A DNA stretch of 64,000 nt from Camelus ferus (taxonomy: Eukaryota). Position numbers and translations under genes: made by a program. Shown here one piece after another: positions 54,325 to 64,000 of this stretch (its first letter is position 1; each line of letters opens with the position of its first letter). The stretch lies in assembly GCF_009834535.1 (NCBI RefSeq), contig NC_045697.1, positions 68,140,001-68,204,000 on the forward strand. Direction: 5' to 3'. The notes under the pieces were generated by a model. The model searched no databases. It worked only from the letters and a program-made list of their open reading frames with translations, and was not told where the DNA came from.

Positions 54325-55243
54325 CATTCAAAGAAACAAAAATGTATGACCCATGAAGAAAGGAAAATCATTCATTAAAACTGGCCCAGAAATGGCACAG
54401 ATGATAGAATTAGCAGTCCAGGCATTATTAAAATGATTAAAATTATTATTTAAAATATTCCATATGTTCAAGAAACTGGAGGAAAGAGTAAACACATTAG
54501 GTAAGCATGTTGTTAAAAAACAAAACAAGGCCAAATTGAATTTTTAGAAATAAGAATTATGATTCAGTATAGAAATTACACTGGAAGGGATTAAAAAATA
54601 GTTGGGACTTTATAGGTAGAAAAAAAAAGTTGTGAACTTGAAGACTTAGAAACTATCTGAAATAAAACACATAGGGAAAATTAACCTTAAAAAATGAAGA
54701 GAACATGAGCTGAGCTGTGGGAAAATATTAAGAGGACAAATATATGTTTAATTGTAGTCTCCAAAGGAGAGGAGAGACTGTAAGAACAAAAAAATTTTGG
54801 AAAAATAATCATCACAATGTTTCCAAATCTGATGAAAAATAAAACCCCAAATATCCCAAAACTCAAAAAACCCAAGTACAAGAAACATAAAGAAAGTGAC
54901 ACCAAGGCATATCATATCATTATTAAATCGCCTAAAACTATTGAGAAACAGAAAAATCTTAAAAGTATCCAGAAAAAAGAGCATTATATACAAAATAACC
55001 AATAATATACAATTCATATCATACTTGAGAATGATAGAAAATTTCCCATCATAAATAACGTAAGATGTAAGACTGGAAAAACACATTTAAAGTACTTAAG
55101 GAAAAGTACTGTCAACCTAGAACTCTACCCAGAGAACATAACTTTTTAAATTGAGAGTGAAATAAAGGCTATTTCAGACAAATGAAAGCTTAAAGAATTG
55201 ATCACTTCCAGAACTGTATACTATCAGTAATAAAGAAAGTCCT

Positions 55244-56151
55244 GAACAAGCAATTCTCCAAGGAAGACATACAAATGATCAATAAGCACATGAAAACATG
55301 CTAATATCACTAATTATCAGAGAAATGCAAATCAAAACTACAATGAGGTACCACCTCACACCAGTCAGAATGGCTATCATTCAAAAATCCACAAATGACA
55401 AATGCTGGAGAGGCTGTGGAGAAAAGGGAACCCTCCTACACTGCTGGTGGGAATGCAGTTTGGTGCAGCCACTGTGGAAAACAGTATGGAGATTCCTCAA
55501 AAGACTAGGAATAGACTTACTGTATGACGTAGGAATCCTGCTCCTGGGCTTATATCCAGAAGGAACCCTTCTTCAGGATGACACCTGCACCCCAATGTTC
55601 ATAGCAGCACTATTTACAATAGCCAAGACAAGGAAACAGCCTAAATGTCCATCAACGGATGACTGGATAAAGAAGAGGTGGTATATTTATACAATAGAAT
55701 ACTATTCAGCCATAAAAACCAACAACATGACGTGATTTGCAGCAACATGGATGCTCCTGGAGAATGTTATTCTAAGTGAAGTAAGCTAGAAAGAGAAATA
55801 AAAATACCATATGAGATCGCTCATATGTGGAATCTAAAAAACAAAAACAAAAAAACAAAGCATAAATACAAAACAGAAATAGACTCATAGACATAGAATA
55901 CAAACTTGTGGTTGCCAAGGGGGTGGAGGGTGGGAAGGGACAGATACGATTTTAAAATTGTAGAATAGATAAATAAGATTATACTATAAAGCACAGGGAA
56001 ATATACACATCTTATGGTAGTTCACAGAGAAAAAAATGTGACAATGAATATATGTATGTTCATGTATAACTGAAAAATTGTGCTCTACACTGGAGTTTGA
56101 CATAACATTGTAAAATGATTATAAATCAATAAAAAATGTTAAAAAAAAAAA
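55244..56151 (+). mobile_element. Young 5'-truncated LINE-1 (camelid-like family) with poly(A) and 12-bp TSD
   Basis: TSD aaagaaagtcct at 55232-55243 and 56152-56163; AATAAA and poly(A) tail; ORF2 C-terminal homology. Confidence 0.95.
55298..55735 (+). pseudogene. LINE-1 ORF2p C-terminal cysteine-rich domain remnant, non-functional
   Basis: [19 protein letters not shown]...[18 protein letters not shown] (CX3CX7HX4C); upstream frameshift near 55302 and premature stops from 55733. Confidence 0.92.
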
Positions 56152-59100
56152 AAAGAAAGTCCTACAAGCAGACAAACATTGTTACCAGATGGAAACTTGA
56201 ATAGGGAAAGAAGAGCCCTTATCGTAGAAACTAAATGGGTAATTATAATTTTAAAAAGATTTTTATAGAATATCAACTCTTTAAAGCAAAAGTAATACCA
56301 ATGTGCACTGGGGTTTATAATACACAGACCCAAAATATATGGCAACAATAGCACAAGCCTGGGGGTGTAACGTTTTAAAGTTCTTACTCTACAATACTGC
56401 AACTGAAGTAGTATAGTATCATTTGAAATCAGTTTCATTTGAAAATATCCATAGATAAATTAAAAGTTGTATATCCTAAACCCTCAAGAATAACATAACG
56501 AAAGAGTTTATTTTAAACTGAAGAGTATTCTTTAAATAAAACAAAGAGTTTGTGTTAAGGCAACAAAAGAGACCAAATATAATGATTTTTAAAATCCTCA
56601 ATTATTTGAAAAGAAGGAAATTATTCCCAAAAGCAAGCATTAACATATAAAAAAGATAATACATAATGAACAAGTAGGATTTAAACCAGAAATGGAACGT
56701 TGATTAAACACTGAGAATTAAAACATTGGAAATTATTCTAGGTAAGTCACCATATTTACATACATACTTATGACATCTCAGTAAGTGAAAAAAGTGTAAG
56801 AAAAATCAAACATCCATTCCCGATTTCTAAAAAATCTAATCAAACTAGACATAAAATGGATATTTCTGATTCTAGTAAAAAACATTTATATTTATAATTC
56901 ATACCATACTTAATGGTGAAAGATTGAATTGTTTATCTCTACAATTAAGGAAAAACTAAAATTTCCACTCTCTCAACCTTTATTCAAAGTTTTACTGAGG
57001 ATTCTAACTAGTATAATATAGGAAAAAACGGTTGCCATCTAGATTTGTTAGAAGTTAAAATTATCTTTATTTGTAGACAGTATAATAGTCAATGTAAATA
57101 AATTGATGAAATAGACACAAAAAAGTTAGTGAATTTCAAAAGACTGTAGGCTATAAGATCAAAATACAAAGATCAATTTTATTTCTATGTACTAGGCACA
57201 AACAATTAGAAATAGAAATTAAATGAAGCAATACCATCAGTAATAGCATCAAGAAATATGAAATGCTTAATAATAAATGTGACAAGAGGTGTACAAGACC
57301 TACATACTGAAAACTACAAAACATTATGATGATATATTAATACCTAAATAAATTGATAAATATAGATATTCATGTAACAGAAAAATTAATTTTGTTAAGA
57401 TGCCCAACCTCCAATTTACTCTATAGGTTTGATATAATCTCAATTAAAATCCCATCTTAGTGTTTATATAAATTGTCAAGTTCCTTTTAAAATACATATG
57501 AAGTAAAAAGTACCTACAATAGCTAAAATAAAAAGTAAAGATTACTAAAAAGAGCAAATTTAAAGTACTATCTGAATATCAAAATCATTATAAAGCTACA
57601 GTAATCCAGATAGTGTGATACTGGCATCAAGATATATAAGTGGATCAATGGAACAGAATAAAGAGTCCACAAAATATATGAACAACTGATTTCTGATAAA
57701 GGTACAAAAGCAATTCAATAGAGAAATAATAGTTTTATTTTCAGTGACAACTGGTGCTGAAAATCAGCCATATTTTTAAAAAGTACTTTGCACTAAGAGT
57801 AGTTCATAAAATTAATATAAATCTAAAATTTATAGAAGTAAACAAATATTTGATTAGGAAAAGCTACAAAACTATGATTCATAAAATAAAACTATGTCTA
57901 TGTTAGAATTCATAAATGTAAGAACCTCTGTTCTGTGAAAAAAACTATTCAAAGAATGAAAACATAAGCTACAAATTAGGAAAACAATATCTGCAAAGCA
58001 TATATCTGATCAAAGATTTGTGTCCAGAACATATAAAGAACTCTCATAACTCAATAATAAGTAAACAAACAACATCATTTAAAATACACAAACGATCTGA
58101 ACAGATGTTTCATGAAAGAAGTGGCAAATTAATCCATGAATAGATGTTTAATATCAGTAATCATTAGGAAATAAAAACTAAAGCTACAAAGAGCTAGCAT
58201 CACATACCTATTATGCTTACAAAACAAAAGACTGACAATACAACGTAATGGCAAGGAATGTGGAGAAACTGGAACTCACTGGATGGAAATAATACAACTA
58301 CTTTGGAAAATAGTTTGATAGTGTTTTAAAATGATAAAATATACACCTACCATATGACCCAGCCATTCTATCCTTAGGTGCTTCCCAAAGAAATGAAATA
58401 TATTTCCATACAAAGACTAGTACACAAATCCCACAGCCACTTTATTTATAAAAATAACCCCAAACTGGAAACAACCCAAATGTCCATCATCAGGAAAATC
58501 AATAAACAAATTCTGGTATATTCCTTCAATGGAAACCTATTCAACAATAAAAACGAATGAACCATTGATACAAACAACGACATGAATTTCAAAATAATTA
58601 TGCTAAGGTGAAAGAAGCCAGGCAAAAAACTTACACCTCCTATAAGTTTTTTAAAATTCTAGAAAATACAAACTAATCTATACATAGAAAAAAAGCAGAT
58701 TCATGACTATCTGGGGATGAGAAATATATGTAAGGGGCTGGGAGAGGGGAATCACAAAACAGCATGAGGAAATTTTGGGGGGTGATAAACGTATGCATTA
58801 TTTTGCTCATTGTTTATACACACACATATGCATATTTTATAGTTTAAACGTGTAGTTTATTGTATATCAATTACACATCAATAAAACCCTTGTACAAAAC
58901 ATATTTCCAGCTTCTATGAGATGCTTACATAAATCTGTACAATTTCCTGTGAAAGCATAGCTCATGTTCCCTTTAAATTTATCACAGAAAAGGGTGAATT
59001 AAGAATAAAATTATGTGGCAGAAAGTCAAAGGATGTCGTTAAAAATGACAATTTTATACTCTTGAAGGGAACAACAAACAATAAACAACAGAACAATAGT

Positions 59101-60539
59101 TCCTAAACTATTACTGAGCTCAAAATCACAGGAAATAATAAAAGATAAAAAAATTAAATCTGACTGCAAATTAATCAATGAATTGAAAAGCAGAATCAGA
59201 AATGATAAATTTCTTAAAATGCTGCTTTCTGCTTTTGGAGTGAAGATTGCCAAACTACAAACTGAGAAGACCAGAATTCTACTGCAAGAAAAACTGAAAT
59301 ATAATTATTTTAGAAGTAACTGAGGCAAGAGATTAAATGCTGGAACCTACTTAGAGAGTTCTCTATAAATAGCGAATGCCCACCGGTCCTAATGAGAGCT
59401 ACAAGCAAAATGTGAGCTGCCTTATAAATGACCTCATAGTGAAGGAAACTTCCGAGATCATTAGTCTACTTTTCTGCAATGAAACGAAAATTATTCCTAA
59501 GGAAATTAATGATAGACAACATGTAATTGCTACAAATAAAAGATCTAGATGAATTAAGAAAATATTTACAAGGGCTTGAAGATAAGAGACTGAGAGACTG
59601 GGGTCTTGATCACTTTTGGTTTTTTGTCTAATAACCAGTGACAAACACAGGCATACTGGTGGTACTCAACAAATCTTGGCAAAACTATGGGTTTTTTTGG
59701 GGGAGGTGGGGGGTTGAAAATATGGTAGAGGCTAGTTTTTAGCCCACTGAGATTTTAAATTAGGCAATATTGGTTTAATTTTTTAAAAAACCTCTCCTCT
59801 CTGTAAGCGTATTTCTTCCGTAAGTGAGATTAATAAAGTGAGTACAGGAAATACAGGAGAAACCAAATACAATAGAGGCCATCACCAAGACAACCAGAAT
59901 AGAGAGAGGTTTATTAGGACAGGAGCTAACTAACTATGGAGTTGAAACATGACAGAAAAGCAATAAAATCATAGAGAAGGGAAATAACTTCCAAATTAGT
60001 AAATCAATCTGATGCAAAGATTTGAAGGCCCTTCACAATTCTAAGGTGTTACACTACTCAGAATAGCAATAATGCAGAGTAAGGAAATAATGCAATAGCC
60101 AAAACTAGTGAGCTGAGAAGCTGTGGGCTCTCGGTAATAAATGGCAGTGAAATTGTTAAAGGGCAAGGAATAGTAAAGAAAAGCATAAGGATAAGATGTC
60201 TGATGAAAGGTTGCCAAGAATATGAGGAAACTTAACATTGTCTCTTGAAGGGTTTGGGAAGTTTGACAAGGGGAGCAAAGTATACTCAGTCTGAGCAGCC
60301 ACTTCTGAGGAATATTGGGGGCGGGACACACATGCACAATACCAGAGGGTTAAAGTAGATTAGGACTTAAAATGAGTTTTATTTTTACCCTTGGACCAGA
60401 TGTAAAAATAAACTGCCTAGAAGCATAAACAAAGGAAACATAAGTAACCAGAAGTTGGGAAACAAGAATCCTGATCATTTCAACAGCATCTTCCCTACCT
60501 GACGCCAAATCACCCATAGGATGGCTCTTCATCACACCT

Positions 60540-61003
60540 TGTATTAGCTTCCTAGGACAATCATAACAAATTACCATGAACTAGGTGACTTCAAACAAGA
60601 GAAATTTATTTTCTCACTGTTCTGGAGTCCAGAATTACAAAATTAAGGTGTTATCGGTACCACACTCTCTTCACAGGCTCACAGGCTCTAGGGGAGAATC
60701 TGTTTCATGTCTTATCCAGCTGCTGGTGGCTGCAGGCCATTCCTTGGCTTGCGGCCATATCACTCCACTCACTGCATCCATGGTCAAATTGCCTCTTCCT
60801 TTTCTGTTTGTCTATTTTATTAAGGATTGATTGCATTTAGTCCCCACCCAGATTCTCCAGAATAAGCTCCTCCTCTCAATATCCTTATTTTATCATACAT
60901 TTGCAATACTAAGCAATATTCATTCTTTTGCCACATGATACTCATAATAAATTCTGGGAATTAGGATATATATTTTGAGAAGATTACTAGTCAACCCAAT
61001 ATA
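60540..61003 (-). mobile_element. MaLR solo LTR (MLT1C-like)
   Basis: tgtattagcttcctagg..cataacaaattacca...gaaatttattttctcactgttctggag...ggctctaggggagaatctgttt. Confidence 0.9.
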
Positions 61004-61007
61004 TACC

Positions 61008-61843
61008 ATCTCTCTGGGAAAAAAAATCATATATATATATTATAAAGGTGGTACAGTCACAATTTATAAATAATATTAAAATACACAATACATTTTATTG
61101 TAAATTCTATATTAATCAATTCTCACAGAATGCTTTCATTGGTTTTTTCCTGAACTCTTGTATCCACAGCCAAACTATGATTTCAATCAGCAAAGAATGT
61201 TGATTGACATTTTGGTTTACATTAATGAGTAAGATAAGGATGAAATAATGAAGACAAATGTGGGAACTTTGCTCAACCACCAATGCAGTGAGCAAATTTT
61301 TGCTGAACTGATTGACAGTTTTTTTTTAAATATTGAAAAGGTGTTTCCTCAAATATTTTTATGCTAGTCACAATTTAACAGGTACAGATAGGACATTCTT
61401 TAAAGTTTAATCTGTATTATTAACATTTTCTCTATCACTTAAGTTCAAACAATCAACAAAGCAGTAAATCAAGTCCCGATTTTGTAGCATTTGCTGGTGT
61501 CCATGGTGTAAATATTCCCACCATGACAGAATCCAAGCTACTAATATGAAACCACTAAATGCAGAGTTGCGAAGAGAGATTCAGTAGCAAATAATTATAC
61601 AGTATTTCCTCCATTTAGATACATACAGTAAATAACCTCAAGAGCATACATAATAATAAAACATACTAAAATAATTAAGTGATAATTTTTGATATTTATT
61701 TGTTTTGTTTTCAACAGTTTTTAAGTTTTAAGTTTATATAATTTAATTTTCAATAATGGTTATGTTTAAAAACTCTCTTGTACTACTCCTGAAGATTTAA
61801 GTTGGCTCTCACAAAGTTATGAGCTGGTTCCAACTTGCTACTA
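61008..61843 (-). mobile_element. MER63C/D-like hAT-Blackjack element
   Basis: aattctcacagaatgctttc..gaactcttgtatcc; gtagcatttgc..ccatggtgtaaatattcccaccatg..caagctac; aaataacctcaagagcata. Confidence 0.85.
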
Positions 61844-62149
61844 TATAACAATGGAAAATCAGAAGAGGAATTTCAAATCTTTATATCAGTTACTCTAAAA
61901 ATTAGTGATAGGTTAGCACAGTAAGTCAGAGCAAATGTATTTTAAAGTATTCAATCTTTTTCAGGACTTTGATAAAATCACCAGCAGGGGATGGCTCCAA
62001 AGAAAAACACCCAGTTTTATGTTAAAGGTCTCAATAATTCAGTTATAATAAGCAGAACAAGAAGCTGACTTTTCCTGCTCTTCATTTCTAAAAGTTTCAG
62101 CTCTACCTGATGAGTCTCCAGGTGAATTTCATAAGAGGGCGATTACTAA

Positions 62150-62350
62150 TGAGTTCTAATTATGCCTAATTCCATATTCACCAACAAATTCACAGTTTTG
62201 TTGTGTGACATTAGGCAAGTCACTTCCTTTTCCCTGGCAATTTCTTAATCTACAAAATGTGGATATCCTACCTCACAAGAGTGTAGTAAAGTATGACAAA
62301 TTAAAAAATATTACATATCCAAAATGCAATTGCACCATTTAGAACAGTAA
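62150..62350 (+). mobile_element. MIR SINE
   Basis: tgtgtgacattaggcaagtcacttcc...tttcttaatctacaaaatgtggata..ctacctcaca. Confidence 0.7.
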
Positions 62351-64000
62351 TTAAGAAAATTAGTAGGAATCTATGACAACTCCTTTGGAGCTAAGCCATT
62401 AATTTTTAAATAAGGAAAGGAGAAACATAAAGGAGTAACCTCCTCACGATCTTTTATAACCTCTCTTTTGGGAGAAAGGAATCATGCAAGAGTTACTCTC
62501 TCACAGAGAAAAACAGAAAGAGGCATCTGACCCCCAGCCTGTTTCTATTATGCTAGCATCTGCAATCATTAGGTTCAAGTGGCATTTTAAAAAATTATTT
62601 TCTGCAGAAGAGTCCCAAGGAAACAATAATTATCGTTTAATGGGATTCACAGTGGCACAATAATATCATTGCTCTTCCCCACCCGAGTTCTGAATCAACT
62701 GAGGAAGGCAGATGGGCACCAAAATATCATCTCTATTACTCAAAATGGAGAATGTGGCTCTAATTGGAGGGTCAGTGGGCTGTCTTATAATGAACACAAC
62801 AGTAAAACTGCCTTATCCACCATGACAAAGGCAAAAGAGATTCACTGCACACTTCAGTCCTATAACAAGGCCCTTGAAAACTTATAGCATGGTGGATCTA
62901 CACAGGATACATGCTTCCCAAGACAGAGACAGTGAGAGAGAGACAAAGGGTCAGCCTCTCATATCTAGCACCTACTTCCAAATTCACCTATCAGGTAAGT
63001 CCCACCTCTTCACTGGGGGGATAAAAGGATGATGAGGCAGAGAAAGTCCCAAAATATTATGCTAAAGGGGCTCCCTCTACAAGGAAGAAAACCTCAGGTG
63101 TCGAGAAAGCTCATCCTTTCCAACCCTATTCCACCTTCCTTCAAAATTACTGATGTAATAAGATAAAAGAGAGAGATAGGAGTTGTACAATGAAGCATGC
63201 ACACCCCAGCAAATAACTTGGGATCAAGGGAAAGGATATTTCCCTTCAGTTCACCTCTAATAATGCCAGACTCAGTACTAGGTGCTCAAAGAAGTCAAGC
63301 AACTTAAGTAAGGTCACACAGCCAGCAGTGGCATATGACCAGACTGTGTGCTCTTTGAATGCAGAAATTATACCTGAATAACTATTTAATAACTATAGCT
63401 TAATAACAGCCTGGAACATTATAAATATTTGTGGAAGTAAGAAAGGAAAGAAGCAAAGAAGAAAAAAGGAAATAACTGAAAGAAATAAATTTAAACCCAA
63501 GTCTGAATAGGCCCTCTCACCACTTTATATTGTCTGGGTATGGGTGTTATAACTGGGCTTTGTGACTCCTGGAATCTTATTACACAGTTAGGAAGGAGGC
63601 ACCCTTGAATGATCACAGTCTCCTTCTTAGGAACAGTAAGTCTCTCTAAGGGAAATACGCTCAGTGTACTAACCAGCTCAGATATTGTTCTAGCTGCATG
63701 CTGAGATGATATATAATTTCATGGGTCCTCAGACCAGACAAGAAAAACAAAATTAACTGCATCTAATATATAATGGTGCTTATAATCATACTTAAGATCA
63801 GCATGTAATGCCATAATTAACAGTGTAACAAGCTTGCATTAGCATATTTTAGGTATCCTCACTCAACACTATATTCAAGGCTGGGGTTGTCATTTTTTGC
63901 TGTTAAAGACTGTTCTTATAACACTGGCAAACAACAATATATGGGATTAATCCCGTTAACTCATTTATTCAAGAGATTATTCTCTATCATGTCCACGGCT

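Larger units (their letters stand above)
53587..58890 (+). mobile_element. Old, internally deleted LINE-1 (L1MC/MD-like): 5' UTR, ORF1 remnant, RT and C-terminal ORF2 remnant, 3' UTR
   Basis: ORF1-like sequence at 54330-55243 (gtcaacctagaactctaccc); decayed RT motif LSLFVDSIIV at 57061-57090 (cf. LSLFADDMIV); 3' end tttattgtatatcaattacacatcaataaa. Confidence 0.85.

Noticed and set aside
945..62887. The 60-130 aa ORFs in the supplied track as protein-coding genes
   Set aside because: They have no recognisable domains, show AT-biased composition, often use non-ATG starts or overlap repeats, and fit chance ORFs.

Overview
This is AT-rich, CpG-depleted mammalian DNA that looks like deep intron or gene desert. 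I found no recognisable protein-coding gene, RNA gene or CpG island. The supplied ORFs are short and look like chance ORFs, except those derived from LINE-1 (mainly 55298-55735, the ORF2 C-terminus). Much of the window is decayed transposable elements: MIR, L2, CR1/L3, old L1M fragments, hAT MITEs (MER5A1, MER20, MER63, MER91, MER94), MaLR/ERVL solo LTRs and one ERV1-type solo LTR. The youngest L1 3' ends resemble, from memory, the camelid L1 family, and I saw no Alu, B1, Bov-tA, PRE-1 or CAN SINEs, so a camelid source is my inference. Family names come from recall of consensus sequences, not from a database search, and the boundaries of old elements are approximate. I do not see a convincing novel biological system. 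The best leads are a candidate L1 3' transduction (33.7-33.9 kb), a three-layer nested L1/MER20/L1 locus (53.6-58.9 kb), a candidate 7-nt microexon (13934-13940), a splice-signal-rich, CpG-retaining unique block (42.6-42.9 kb) and a TATA-in-loop hairpin (27.55 kb).
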